Shown: positions 42,411 through 53,324 of the stretch, piece after piece
Numbering within the stretch: position 1 is the stretch's first letter
Layout of the letters: each line of letters starts with the position of its first letter
Source: Nitrospirota bacterium
GTDB taxonomy: Bacteria; Nitrospirota; Nitrospiria; Nitrospirales; Nitrospiraceae
DNA: 64,000 nt
Direction: 5' to 3'
Assembly: GCA_963703955.1 (NCBI GenBank)
Contig: CAVPGK010000018.1
Location: forward strand, 40,017 to 104,016
Made by a program: the position numbers and the translations under genes
Notes under the pieces: model-generated
Database searches by the model: none
Told to the model about the DNA's origin: nothing
The model's input: only the letters and a program-made list of their open reading frames with translations

Positions 42411-43964
42411 ATGGAATTCTGGCATGACCGAGTCCTGATCCTCGATTTCGGCTCGCAGTACACGCAACTTATTGCCCGTCGCATTCGCGAATCGCACGTC
42501 TACTCTCAGATCCTTCCCTGTACGACTCCACTCGCGACTATTCTCGCCTCCCGTCCGAAGGGGATCGTTTTGTCTGGAGGGCCCGCCAGTGTCTATGACC
42601 GCAAAGCGCCGCTCGTACCAAGAAGGCTTCTGGAAGTCGACATTCCGATCCTTGGCATCTGCTATGGTATGCAGCTCGTGACGCATGTCCTTGATGGGGA
42701 GGTCGCAAAGGCTGGGCATCGGGAATATGGGCGCGCTGAGCTAGTGATCGATGATGCGACTGATCTGTTGAAAGGAGTGGGCGCAGAGTCGTCAACGACG
42801 GTATGGATGTCCCATGGCGACCGAATTGAACGGATGCCGAAAGGCTTCCGCGTGATAGCGCACACGTCCAATTCGCCGATAGCGGCCATGAAGTCGGTGG
42901 GAGAGGGGCGCCGGGTCTATTGTCTGCAGTTTCATCCCGAAGTGGCGCACACCGTCAACGGCACACGAATTCTCCAGAACTTCGTGGGTGAGATCTGCGG
43001 ATGCAAGCCCACCTGGACCATGAGTTCGTATGTCGATACGGCCGTAGAAAACATCCGCGAGCAGGCCAAAGGGAGAAAGGTCATTTGCGCGCTCAGCGGT
43101 GGAGTGGATTCATCGGTCGCGGCGGCGCTGACTCATCGGGCCGTGGGGCAGCACCTGACGTGTATCTTTGTCGACAATGGGTTGCTGCGAAAAGAGGAAG
43201 CGACGCACGTTAAGAAGACGTTTGCGCAACTCAATCTCAATTTGCATGCCCTTGATCGATCGGCGGAGTTTCTCAGGGCCTTACAGGCCGTTACCAACCC
43301 TGAGCGCAAGCGAAAGATCATCGGTCGTCTGTTCATCAAAAACTTTGAAGCCGAAGCCCGCCGGCTGGGGAAGGTGGATTTTCTAGTTCAAGGCACCTTG
43401 TATCCCGACGTGATCGAAAGCGTGTCATTCAAGGGTCCGTCGGCGACGATCAAAACGCATCATAATGTGGGCGGGTTGCCGACCAAAATGCGGCTTCGTC
43501 TGATCGAACCGTTGCGGGAGTTGTTCAAGGATGAGGTCCGGGTAGTGGGGAAGGAACTCGGCCTCCCGGATGACATTATCTGGCGGCAGCCATTTCCCGG
43601 GCCTGGTCTGGCGGTTCGGGTGCTTGGAGCGGTGACCCGTGAGCGACTGGCGATGGTTCGTGCGGCCGACGCCATCGTTGAGGAAGAAATTCGACGCGCG
43701 CATTTCTACCGAGAGACATGGCAAGCCTTCGCCGTGCTCCTGCCGATTCGAACGGTAGGGGTGATGGGGGATCAGCGAACCTATGATCACGTGATTGCCG
43801 TCCGCGCCGTGACCAGCTTGGACGGTATGACGGCAGACTGGGCCCAGCTCCCGCACCTGTTGTTGAGTCGAATATCGAACCGGATCATCAACGAGGTGCG
43901 GGGCGTCAATCGTGTGGTGTACGATATCAGTTCGAAGCCGCCGAGTACGATAGAGTGGGAATAG
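42411..43964 (+). CDS. guaA: GMP synthase
   Basis: [38 protein letters not shown]. Confidence 0.98.
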   Translation: MEFWHDRVLILDFGSQYTQLIARRIRESHVYSQILPCTTPLATILASRPKGIVLSGGPASVYDRKAPLVPRRLLEVDIPILGICYGMQLVTHVLDGEVAKAGHREYGRAELVIDDATDLLKGVGAESSTTVWMSHGDRIERMPKGFRVIAHTSNSPIAAMKSVGEGRRVYCLQFHPEVAHTVNGTRILQNFVGEICGCKPTWTMSSYVDTAVENIREQAKGRKVICALSGGVDSSVAAALTHRAVGQHLTCIFVDNGLLRKEEATHVKKTFAQLNLNLHALDRSAEFLRALQAVTNPERKRKIIGRLFIKNFEAEARRLGKVDFLVQGTLYPDVIESVSFKGPSATIKTHHNVGGLPTKMRLRLIEPLRELFKDEVRVVGKELGLPDDIIWRQPFPGPGLAVRVLGAVTRERLAMVRAADAIVEEEIRRAHFYRETWQAFAVLLPIRTVGVMGDQRTYDHVIAVRAVTSLDGMTADWAQLPHLLLSRISNRIINEVRGVNRVVYDISSKPPSTIEWE

Positions 43965-44041
43965 AAAGAGGGAGGGAGCGCCCGCAATAGAGGACACACG
44001 ATCGCTTCCTCCCGGGAAAAGAGAGTAAAAGAGAAGAAGAG

Positions 44042-44869
44042 ATGCTGGTCAGGTTACAGAAAGTCATGGCGGGGGCGGGGGTGTCGTCTCGACGGAAGGC
44101 GGAAACGATGATTGCGGAAGGACGGGTGACCGTCAATGGGCAGGTGATACGTAAGCCAGGTGTGCGAGTAGATCCCGAACGCGATCATGTGAAGGTCGAT
44201 GGACGCCATCTCAAAGTCAAGGAACCGTATGCCTACCTCATCCTCAATAAGCCGAGGGGGTATGTATCGTCTCTCACCGACCCCGAGGGGAGGCCGACGA
44301 TTAGTGATCTGCTGCCCGGCGTCCGCTTGCGAGTCTTTCCCGTTGGGCGGCTTGACTTCGATAGTGAAGGGATGCTGCTGTTGACGAACCATGGTGAGCT
44401 GGCGCAGGCGCTGCTGCACCCCCGCTACCATGTCTCCAAGGTCTATCTGATCAAGGTCAAAGGCGTGCTCACCGACGAGGAGATTCGACGCCTCGAGCGA
44501 GGCGTGCAATTGGAGGACGGCGTGACCAGTCCTGCGGCGGTGCAAAAGGTCCGGAAAGCGACTGAAAACTCGTGGCTGGAAATCACCATTCACGAGGGAC
44601 GGAAACATCAGATCAAGCGCATGCTGGAGGCCGTCGGCCATCCGGTTCTCAAATTGAAGCGTGTGAAATTCGGACCGTTGACGCTCGGCGATCTGCCGCC
44701 GGGGCACTATCGGTATCTCTCGGATCGGGAGGCCAACTCCCTACGAGAATTGCTGCGCAACCGCCTTGCCCAAACTGGAGAGAACGTCGGCCGTCCACCG
44801 GTTCGTCGAGGTACAGGATCGACACGGCGCACCGTTGGTCGGGTTGTCGAAAGGGCGTTGGCGCGATGA
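44042..44869 (+). CDS. rluB: S4-domain rRNA pseudouridine synthase (RluB/RsuA family)
   Basis: RLQKVMA..G..SRR, VGRLDFDSEG, EGRKHQIKRM. Confidence 0.88.
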   Translation: MLVRLQKVMAGAGVSSRRKAETMIAEGRVTVNGQVIRKPGVRVDPERDHVKVDGRHLKVKEPYAYLILNKPRGYVSSLTDPEGRPTISDLLPGVRLRVFPVGRLDFDSEGMLLLTNHGELAQALLHPRYHVSKVYLIKVKGVLTDEEIRRLERGVQLEDGVTSPAAVQKVRKATENSWLEITIHEGRKHQIKRMLEAVGHPVLKLKRVKFGPLTLGDLPPGHYRYLSDREANSLRELLRNRLAQTGENVGRPPVRRGTGSTRRTVGRVVERALAR

Positions 44870-46626
44870 TGATCCGAACGCACCGGTGTGGAGAATTGAC
44901 CCGGCATCACGCGGGCCAAACGGTCGTGCTGAATGGGTGGGTGCAGCGAAGACGCGACCACGGGACCGTCCTGTTTATCGATCTACGTGATCGGCAGGGC
45001 ATCACCCAGATCGTGTTTAATTCGGAAAAGGCGCCCAAGGTACATGAGCGGGCTGAACGGCTCGGCAGCGAAGATGTGATCGCGATTTCCGGTGAAGTTT
45101 TGCTGAGACCGGAAGGCGCGGCGAACCCGGATCTGGCCACCGGTGAGATCGAGATCATGGTCCAGAATCTGGAAGTATTGAACGAAGCTCGGACCCCGCC
45201 ATTTCTGATTGAAGATGACGCCGATGTGACCGATGCACTTCGATTGAAGTTCCGATATCTCGACCTTCGGCGACCTCAAATGCAGCGGCTGCTGGGACTT
45301 CGACACCACGTGACTCAGACAGTCAGATCCTTTCTAAACGGTCACGGGTTCCTCGAAGTGGAAACGCCCATGCTCACCAAGAGCACGCCGGAAGGGGCTC
45401 GCGATTACCTCGTCCCCAGTCGCGTGAGTCCCGGCAGTTTCTTCGCGCTTCCGCAGTCGCCGCAACTGTTCAAACAGATCCTGATGGTCAGCGGCCTCGA
45501 CCGTTATTATCAGATCGCCCGTTGCTTTCGAGACGAGGACCTCCGGTTTGATCGCCAACCGGAATTCACTCAGATCGACGTGGAGATGTCCTTCGTCGAT
45601 CGCGAGCAGGTGATCTCCCTCATGGAACAGATGATCAGCGCGGTGTTCCGGGACACCGCGGGCATTACGCTAGACACACCGTTCCCTCGGATAACGCATG
45701 CGGAGGCCGTCGGGCGTTATGGGTCGGATAAGCCCGATCTCCGCTTCGGCATGCCGTTGTACGACCTCGGCGCATTTGCCGGGCAGACGGAATTCAAGGT
45801 GTTCCGCGACACGGTGGCAACAGGCGGGATCGTGAAAGCCCTCATCGTCTCGGGCGGCGCGGCGATCTCCAGGACCCGCATCGATGCGCTAGGCGAGACC
45901 GCGAAGGGGTTCGGAGCCAAGGGATTGGCCTGGGTGAAGATCACCTCAGACGGCCAACTTGAATCGGTCATCGCAAAGTTCTTGGATGCCAGACAACTAC
46001 TCAATGCCGTGCCGGATGGCAAGCCCGGCGATCTGGTGCTCTTTGTCGCGGACAAACCGAAGGTGGTTCATGATGTCTTAGGACGCTTGCGTTTGTTGCT
46101 TGGCGATGAGCTGAAGTTGGTGGATCATAAGCAGTGGCGTCCGCTCTGGGTGCTCGAATTTCCCCTCCTGGATTATGATGATGACGCCAAGCGATATATC
46201 TTCATGCATAATCCGTTCGCCGCTCCTTTGGATGAAGACGCAGCCTTGTTGGATTCCGAACCATTGCAGGCCAGGGCCAAGGCCTACGACCTGGTCGTGA
46301 ATGGAAACGAAATCGGCGGCGGCAGTATCCGAAACCATCGCCGCGACACCCAAATGAGGATTCTCGATCTGCTGGGGATCAAGAAGGAGGAGGCGCAGGA
46401 GAAATTCGGCTTTCTTTTGGATGCGCTCGAGTACGGGGCGCCTCCTCATGGTGGGATCGCGTTCGGGTTGGACCGCTTGGTCATGCTGCTGGGAGGCGCC
46501 GACTCGATCCGCGACGTGATCGCCTTCCCCAAGACCCAAAAAGCTCAGTGTCTAATGACCGAAGCGCCGTCGCCGGTCTCGCCTGAGCAGTTGCGCGAAC
46601 TCTCGATCAAGCTGGATTTGCCGTGA
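44866..46626 (+). CDS. aspS: aspartate-tRNA ligase
   Basis: RTHRCGEL, LPQSPQLFKQ, FRDED, GAPPHGGIAFGLDR. Confidence 0.98.
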   Translation: MMIRTHRCGELTRHHAGQTVVLNGWVQRRRDHGTVLFIDLRDRQGITQIVFNSEKAPKVHERAERLGSEDVIAISGEVLLRPEGAANPDLATGEIEIMVQNLEVLNEARTPPFLIEDDADVTDALRLKFRYLDLRRPQMQRLLGLRHHVTQTVRSFLNGHGFLEVETPMLTKSTPEGARDYLVPSRVSPGSFFALPQSPQLFKQILMVSGLDRYYQIARCFRDEDLRFDRQPEFTQIDVEMSFVDREQVISLMEQMISAVFRDTAGITLDTPFPRITHAEAVGRYGSDKPDLRFGMPLYDLGAFAGQTEFKVFRDTVATGGIVKALIVSGGAAISRTRIDALGETAKGFGAKGLAWVKITSDGQLESVIAKFLDARQLLNAVPDGKPGDLVLFVADKPKVVHDVLGRLRLLLGDELKLVDHKQWRPLWVLEFPLLDYDDDAKRYIFMHNPFAAPLDEDAALLDSEPLQARAKAYDLVVNGNEIGGGSIRNHRRDTQMRILDLLGIKKEEAQEKFGFLLDALEYGAPPHGGIAFGLDRLVMLLGGADSIRDVIAFPKTQKAQCLMTEAPSPVSPEQLRELSIKLDLP

Positions 46627-46720
46627 CGCCTTGGATGTGAGCGTATCCGACCGTTCCTTAGACTGGTTGCTATCCGAATCGGTAGGCTGGTGTATTGATT
46701 AGCCACAAACGAGATGGAAC

Positions 46721-47092
46721 ATGAGGCTCCTGCGTCTCATTGTGGTCGGTCTCCTGTTGACGATTGGTGGATGTTCGATCTTCGAGGCAAAGGAAACGAC
46801 CTTTCTCCGTGGAGCTAAGAATCACGCGACGCAGGAAGAGGTGAAACAGCGACTGGGTCCTCCCAAATCAATGAAGGCGACAGAGTCAGGGGACTCGATC
46901 TGGATTTACCAGATCTGGGATTGGCAACCCGGCAATCGGCTCACTGCACCTGGAGGCTGGTGCGACGAATATATCCTCACCTTTGACCATCAGGACATTC
47001 TACGCCGGTGGACTCATAAGAATTATTTCCACGGTGGTGAGGCGTTTCCGACCTATTGTGTGCCCGATCGCTTCTATTCTTCAGAATCATGA
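46721..47092 (+). CDS. small lipoprotein, paralog 1
   Basis: Lipobox IGGC; ATQEEVKQRLG, WCDEYILTFD. Confidence 0.75.
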   Translation: MRLLRLIVVGLLLTIGGCSIFEAKETTFLRGAKNHATQEEVKQRLGPPKSMKATESGDSIWIYQIWDWQPGNRLTAPGGWCDEYILTFDHQDILRRWTHKNYFHGGEAFPTYCVPDRFYSSES

Positions 47093-47175
47093 TCCGCATC
47101 AATGTGCCCGATCGTGCGCTGCCCCGGTGTAAAATCAAAGGGCACAGAACACTTCCGAAACAGGGGAGGCGCACG

Positions 47176-47553
47176 ATGACAGCCGCTCTTCAGGTCCTAT
47201 TCCCGGGTGTCATGATCGTAATGGTAGGATGTTCGCTGTTCGTCGCGAAAGAAACCCTTTATTTGAAAACAGCGCAAGATCAGGCGACACAAGAGGAGGT
47301 CCGGCAACGGCTGGGAGCGCCGGCAATGATGACATCCACGAAAGACGGGGAATCAGTGTGGGTCTATGAAGTGTACGACATTGAGCCTGGATGCCAAAGC
47401 ACATGGTGCGCGGGAGGATCATGGTGCGACGAATATGTGCTTACATTCGATGGGCAAGGCATCCTGCGACGCTGGACACATAGGTCGCAACGCCACGGCG
47501 GTGAGCTCATGCCGACGTATTGCGTATCAGGTGGATTCAACCCTCCGTCTTGA
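47176..47553 (+). CDS. small lipoprotein, paralog 2
   Basis: GGAGG RBS, MVGC; ATQEEVRQRLG, WCDEYVLTFD. Confidence 0.75.
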   Translation: MTAALQVLFPGVMIVMVGCSLFVAKETLYLKTAQDQATQEEVRQRLGAPAMMTSTKDGESVWVYEVYDIEPGCQSTWCAGGSWCDEYVLTFDGQGILRRWTHRSQRHGGELMPTYCVSGGFNPPS

Positions 47554-47718
47554 GCCTTGAGATATTGCCCCGTCCTGAATGCAACGTGGAACGAGGTCGC
47601 CCTGTTCGCCCTGGTAGCCATGGACAACACTCAGCCCGAGCCGTGTTGGGGCGATCCGTATGCTTTGGAACGAACAGGTGCTCGAAGGCGTGCGCCGACG
47701 GGGCGCGTCAAGCGAACG

Positions 47719-48372
47719 TCAGGCCGGTTCCTTTTCCAGGGTCTGAATAAACTTATCGGCCTCAGCGATCGATCGGTTCATATCTTTGACGAGCTGATCG
47801 ACCTGAGCGTCCACCTTGACCAACTCACCCTTGACAGCGGCTAAAGCCTGGGCGTTGAGGTTGTGCTTTAGGTACAGGACTTGGTCACGGAGGGGGCGCA
47901 TGACGGGATCAATACGCTGTTCCGCCCGCTTCATCGCGCCGAGCATGTCGTTGTAGCGGCCCTTGGTCTGCACGAGCTTTGCCTCGCTGCGCTTTCGCAA
48001 GTCTTTGTTCGTGTATTGGTCAAGCTCGGACTTCCACTCTTTGAAAAGAGCGTCGCCCACGGACTCCACATCGCCAATCCGCTTGTGCACCGCTTCCGCC
48101 GCGTCTTCGCTGGCCTCGAGCTCGGCGCTGAGTTTCTTGTAGGTGGCTTCGAGATCGCCGCCCTCGTAGCTCACGACTTTGCCGAATTGGTCCAGGGTGC
48201 TTTGAATCTCCTTTTTCGCATCCTCCTGAGCGTCGCGTGCGGCCTTCACACGGCTGCTCAGGATGTCGCGCTTTGCATAACCCATCGTTTCCATCGTGGC
48301 GAAGTAGGCCTTTTCGCAACCGATCACGAGTAGGGCGACGAGAGCCAGAGTAGCGGTTGAAAGAGTTGTCAT
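47719..48372 (-). CDS. DUF2959-family lipoprotein
   Basis: GCEKAYFATME..GYAKRDIL, DQVLYLKHNLNAQA. Confidence 0.88.
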   Translation of the reverse strand: MTTLSTATLALVALLVIGCEKAYFATMETMGYAKRDILSSRVKAARDAQEDAKKEIQSTLDQFGKVVSYEGGDLEATYKKLSAELEASEDAAEAVHKRIGDVESVGDALFKEWKSELDQYTNKDLRKRSEAKLVQTKGRYNDMLGAMKRAEQRIDPVMRPLRDQVLYLKHNLNAQALAAVKGELVKVDAQVDQLVKDMNRSIAEADKFIQTLEKEPA

Positions 48373-48547
48373 GGTTCCCCCGTGTGTTGGAATCTGCGTA
48401 ATGGCTCGGCGTTTGCGTCAGACCTTACTCGAAACGGCGCATCGGTATCAACCCATCGCTGACGTCCTATTGGATGGACCAGGGCTCGAAGCAGGTCAGC
48501 AACCATTTGTGAGATCGACTCTGATCAGCAAAGCGTCCCCTCCAGGC

Positions 48548-49393
48548 CTATACCTTGCGCGCCATCGCTTCCAGCCTCGCAATGCGCTGTCCGATCGGCG
48601 GGTGTGTGCTGAACAATGTGGTCAAGCCGCCCCCTGAAAATGGATTCAAAATGAAGAGGTGTGCCGTCGCCGGAGAGGCGAAACGCATCGGAATCTGCTG
48701 ACTCCCACGAGAGATCTTCCGCAGCGCATCCGCCAATGCGAGCGGGTTGTTCGTCAACTCAGCGCCGGCGTCATCGGCAAGGAACTCGCGGGAGCGTGAG
48801 ATCGCCATCTGGATCAACGCCGCAGCCAAAGGCGCCAGCAGGACCGCGATCAAACTGAGCAACGGATTGCTCCTACCGCGTTCGTCTGCGGAGCGCGACC
48901 CGCCGGTCATCATCCCGAACCGCGCCATCATCGTGAGCGCACCGGCCAGTGTCGCAGCCACGGTCATGATCAACGTGTCCCGGTTGCGCACGTGGCCCAG
49001 TTCGTGTCCAAGGACACCTTCGATCTCGTCGCGCCCAAGCAATCGCATCAATCCGGCCGTCACGGCCACGGCCGCGTGCCGAGGATTCCGTCCGGTCGCA
49101 AAAGCATTGGGGGTCTCCTCCGGAATGATATAGACGCGGGGCATCGGAATGTTGCCGCGCTGGGCAAGGCTCCGAACTATGGCGTACAGCTCCGGGGCTT
49201 GTTCTTCTGTAACCGGCTGCGCATGGTGCATCTTCAGGGCGATCGTGTCCGACCACCAGTACGCCACGATATTCATCAGTCCGGCGACGATCAAGGCGGT
49301 GAGGAAGCCCTGTCCGCCACCCAGCGACCCCCCGGCCCATAACAGCAGTGCCGTAAGCGAGGCCAACAGCATGACGGTTTTCAATCGGTTCAT
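48548..49393 (-). CDS. htpX: zinc metalloprotease HtpX
   Basis: PNAFATGRNP, HELGH, SRSREFLAD, FSTHPP. Confidence 0.95.
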   Translation of the reverse strand: MNRLKTVMLLASLTALLLWAGGSLGGGQGFLTALIVAGLMNIVAYWWSDTIALKMHHAQPVTEEQAPELYAIVRSLAQRGNIPMPRVYIIPEETPNAFATGRNPRHAAVAVTAGLMRLLGRDEIEGVLGHELGHVRNRDTLIMTVAATLAGALTMMARFGMMTGGSRSADERGRSNPLLSLIAVLLAPLAAALIQMAISRSREFLADDAGAELTNNPLALADALRKISRGSQQIPMRFASPATAHLFILNPFSGGGLTTLFSTHPPIGQRIARLEAMARKV

Positions 49394-49496
49394 GATTCAA
49401 TCACGCAGACGCCGTCGCAACAGGGGCGAATGAGGCACTACCGAACCAGAGCGGGCGAGCCTCTTCCTATCGCGGCGCCGTCAACTGTGCCGCCGT

Positions 49497-50572
49497 CTAT
49501 GCACCGGCCAGCGCGTTCAGTTTAGCTCGGAGGTCGTCAACGAACGGCTTGATCTTTTCGCCCACACCTGGCGTTGCCATCACCTTGTCGATCAGCAGCA
49601 CCAACTTTGAACTCAGCCCCGTGAACACGGTCAAAACCTTCTCCTTGGCGTCAGCGGGCAACTTATCAATCGAGCCACGGAGGGAATCGAGCTTGACCGT
49701 GAGGTCCTTCAGTTTCGGCATGGCAGCCTGGGCGGACGCGGCATCCTTCATGTCAGTAAAGACATCGGTCGCCGATCGGAAGAAGTCAGTCACCTGTGTC
49801 GTCAAACCAGCGACCTGGTCGGTCATGCTAGGGACCGGACTGGTTTGGCGCGGGGTACTCTTGCTGCTGACCCCCCCCACCACAGCAAACCCACCAGACC
49901 GAGGATCGCGAGTGCAGGAATCAGCCAGCGGAGGGTGGAAGAGCCTGAGGCAACAGCCGTCCGTGAGACTTTTTCAGCCTCCGACACGGCGGTTCGCCCA
50001 CCGCGCAACGCCGCTCCAGCGGCGCCGGTGGCCCATTCGCTCAGCGCGCCGATTCCAGGAACGTTGGACAGTAGATTGCTCAGCCCAGCGGGCATGGCAT
50101 TCATAATATTCTGCTGCTGCCCCTCGAATAGCCTGGTCAGGCCGCCAGGACTCATATCTTGCGCATAGCGCTTCACCACACCGAGTGCAAGCGGAGCGAG
50201 CGTGCCCACCAGCGATGACATTGACGTGTTGCTCATTCCCGTAAATCGGCTGAGCGCCCCGGCGAGGCCGGAGGACGCGGCGTTACCGAATAATGAACCG
50301 AGCAGTGTGGTCCCCATGTCCAGGACGGACTGTTTGCCGGTCAAGGACTGAGCGAAGTTACCGAGCACATTGTCGTCAAGCCCTTTCAGCGTCGAGGCGA
50401 GCTTGGTTGCGCCATCCTGGGTGGACGCGAGCTTCCCGACCGCCGCCAGAAGGGCCGGTACGATGGCATTGGATGCCTCCCGGGTGGTATCCGGACTGGT
50501 TCCGAGCATCTCTGCAAATTTTCCGATCATATCGCTGTTCAATTGGCCCTTTACGAGGTCAACGAGGTTCAT
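49497..50572 (-). pseudogene. DUF937-like membrane-anchored protein, frameshifted at a G8 run
   Basis: MNLVDLVKGQL... helical domain, TM helix ending LLWW, shift at 49871-49878 into the 49497-49883 ORF. Confidence 0.65.
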
Positions 50573-50722
50573 AGTTTTGCCTCCTTTGGCAGATACCCTT
50601 GGTGATTAGGAGAATTGAGGTGTGAGTTTCGAAGGGTGGCATCATACAGCGGAGGGGTCATAGGAGCAAGACGAGCCGGGGGAACTGCAAAGTTGACAGT
50701 GCTGCCTTCACCCCAAGCCGAA

Positions 50723-51562
50723 TCACCTGCGTGTTCCCCCGAACGTGTCGCAGACACTGGGATCGCCTGTCTGTAGTCCCCGACGAAGCCACGTTACGCG
50801 CTGCTCGGACGAGCCGTGGGTCCAGCTTTCGGGCTGCACGTAGCCCTGCGATCTGTGCTGGAGACGGTCGTCACCGATTGCTGCAGCGGCGCGCAATCCT
50901 TCCTCGAAGTCTCCGGGTTCAATCAGATTCCGATCCCGTTTCGCATGGTGTCCCCATACACCGGCGAGACAGTCGGCTTGCAATTCCATTCGCACGGAGA
51001 GCGCATTGGCCTCGGTTGTCGATGTCTGATGCCGGAGCCGGTTCACTCGTTCGGCGATACCGAGCTGGTTCTGAACATGATGACCAATCTCATGTGCGAT
51101 CACATACGCTTGGGCGAAATCTCCCGGCGCCCCCAACCGATGGCTGAGTTCGTCGAAAAATGACAGGTCCAGATAGACCCTCCCGTCCTCGGGACAATAA
51201 AACGGACCCACGGCGGCGGACCCTAAACCGCAACCTGATTGGACCGAACCGGTAAACAAGATCAGGCGCGGCTCCTGATAGTTCCGGCCCATTTTGGGAA
51301 AGAGCGCGCGCCAGGTATCTTCCGTGTCGGCTAGGATGACTGAGGCAAACTTGCCTAACTGGTCGCCCGGCGCGCCCGTCGGCGTGGGCGCATCGGCTTC
51401 GGAAGGAACGGAGATGTCCTGAATACCGCCAATCATGTTGAGAATCTGGAGCGGATTCGTTCCAGTCAAAAAACTGACCGCCAGAACAAGCACAATGCCG
51501 CCAATTCCAATACCACCACCTAGGCCAACCGGTCCGAGGCTACGCCGGTCCTCTGACGCCAT
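50723..51562 (-). CDS. ypfJ: YpfJ-family neutral zinc metallopeptidase, N-terminus apparently truncated
   Basis: EDRR, GPFYCP, GDFAQAYVIAHEIGHHVQ, ELQADC, THGSSEQR; lacks the usual ~10 residues before EDRR and has no RBS. Confidence 0.8.
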   Translation of the reverse strand: MASEDRRSLGPVGLGGGIGIGGIVLVLAVSFLTGTNPLQILNMIGGIQDISVPSEADAPTPTGAPGDQLGKFASVILADTEDTWRALFPKMGRNYQEPRLILFTGSVQSGCGLGSAAVGPFYCPEDGRVYLDLSFFDELSHRLGAPGDFAQAYVIAHEIGHHVQNQLGIAERVNRLRHQTSTTEANALSVRMELQADCLAGVWGHHAKRDRNLIEPGDFEEGLRAAAAIGDDRLQHRSQGYVQPESWTHGSSEQRVTWLRRGLQTGDPSVCDTFGGTRR

Positions 51563-51845
51563 ACGTGGATGCAAATATTGGTGGGACCTACGTCAACACA
51601 GATCTTGCATCTGGCCCTCCCGTCACCGGCTGTTTTTGGGATCCCTGGTTTGGCACCATTTGCGGACCGGTTCAGCCAACCAAGTCCGACACGTTTCTCA
51701 CCTATGCGGTGGGGGGAGGTCTGCGATGGGACGTCAACCGCTATTTCTTCTTGCGTGGAGGTGTCAGACAGCAATGGATCGATCTCTCGTACACTGGCTG
51801 CCGGGGTTCACGACGTTCAAACTCGATTTCGGCTTCAAGTTCTGA
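51548..51845 (+). pseudogene. C-terminal fragment of outer-membrane beta-barrel protein
   Basis: GPLTPYVDANIGGTYV...YAVGGGLRWDVNRYFFLRG, frameshift near 51800, then FTTFKLDFGFKF-stop (terminal Phe); no N-terminus. Confidence 0.65.
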
Positions 51846-51965
51846 TAGGGTCGCGCCGAACCAGGCCCATGCTGGTGTTTACGAATCGCGTGCGTCAACA
51901 AGGCATTCCGACACCAGCATCGGGGATGTTGTGCTGAACGTCTCGTTGAAAAACGGCTGAAAGGG

Positions 51966-53324
51966 TTGATGATTCGATTCACGGGAACTTGGCTCCTACT
52001 AAGCACGGCAGTCGCCCTTAATGCAGCGGGCTGCATCGGCATCGGAGGGAAATACTCCCCGCCGCTTGCCACAGTCACCGTAGATTTCGCGACGCAGAAA
52101 GGACCGGCAACACAGCGTGCCAGCGGGTTTTTGCATAGTGTCACACCCACCGCACCCGGTGGTGACCTGCTGGATCCTGTCAAGCCACGCCTATTCCGAC
52201 TCAATCCACAGGAAATAGCAAATGGGGAACTGCTTCGTCGCCTTGCGCGTTATGGCGCGGACGTTCAAGTCATCATGTCCGATCTCTATGGCTATTCTCA
52301 GTCACAAGCTTGGCCGGGAGACGGCGGCGACTGGACGAAGTGGGAGAACCTGGTGGAGCGCCTCGTGCTGGACGCCAAAGCCAAGGGAAATCGGGTGCTC
52401 TGGGACGTGTGGAACGAGCCGGACGACGAGACATTCTGGAAGCGAAACCAACAGCAGTTTTTTGAAACCTGGAGGAGAGCAGTCGTTAAAATCCGTCGGT
52501 TAGATCCCGATGCGGTGATCGTCGGTCCCAGCGCCAGCACCGGCGTGTGGGACTACCTCCATGAATTCTTGCTCTATGCAAAGGAGAAAGATGTGTTGCC
52601 TGACGTCGTCTCTTGGCATGAACTGTATCCCGGTAACCTTGAACATAACCATGCTGCGGCGGTGCGGCTATTTATGTCCGCCAATGGAATTGCCGAGAGG
52701 CCGGTTTCCATCAATGAGTTTCAACAGGCCGAAGGGCGACACAAGCCAGGATTCGTCGTCGCGTGGCTGACTCACCTGGAAGAAGAAAAGCCGGATAGCG
52801 CCGCCTATACGTGCTGGGATGATCCACTGGGGCACTCGAATTGCTGGGAGCCCACCCTGGACGGATTGCTGACGATTGACAAGGAGACTCGCCCCGGTTG
52901 GTTCGCGCATAAGGGCTATGTCGATATCACAGGAACTCTCGTGCAGGTCGATTCTCAGGCTCACTCGATTGGGCCCAAGATTGTCGGTGTTGCCGGAATG
53001 CATGCAGATCGCCGATCAGCGCAGCTGCTCCTAGGGCGCAGAGAGATCTCCGATGCAACAGGATCAGGTGGTGTGACCGTGGTGTTTCAAAACATCTCTG
53101 AAGTCCCATATCTGATGAAAAATGGAACGGTTCTTGTGCAGGCAGAACGGATCCCTAACTCTGACTCGGGCCTCGCCAAATTGTCTCGCACGAAGGTGAC
53201 GATCAATAGGAACTATCCGGTGTTGGACAATACCGTTCGCGTGGAACTCCCGGATTTCGATGCGTGGGGCGCCTATATCGTCAGACTCAAAGAACCTGTG
53301 ACCGAAGCGGCTTCTTCTCCGTAG
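51966..53324 (+). CDS. GH39-like (clan GH-A) glycoside hydrolase lipoprotein
   Basis: Lipobox AAGC, WDVWNEPD acid/base motif, VSWHE, INEF nucleophile-like motif. Confidence 0.7.
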   Translation: MMIRFTGTWLLLSTAVALNAAGCIGIGGKYSPPLATVTVDFATQKGPATQRASGFLHSVTPTAPGGDLLDPVKPRLFRLNPQEIANGELLRRLARYGADVQVIMSDLYGYSQSQAWPGDGGDWTKWENLVERLVLDAKAKGNRVLWDVWNEPDDETFWKRNQQQFFETWRRAVVKIRRLDPDAVIVGPSASTGVWDYLHEFLLYAKEKDVLPDVVSWHELYPGNLEHNHAAAVRLFMSANGIAERPVSINEFQQAEGRHKPGFVVAWLTHLEEEKPDSAAYTCWDDPLGHSNCWEPTLDGLLTIDKETRPGWFAHKGYVDITGTLVQVDSQAHSIGPKIVGVAGMHADRRSAQLLLGRREISDATGSGGVTVVFQNISEVPYLMKNGTVLVQAERIPNSDSGLAKLSRTKVTINRNYPVLDNTVRVELPDFDAWGAYIVRLKEPVTEAASSP

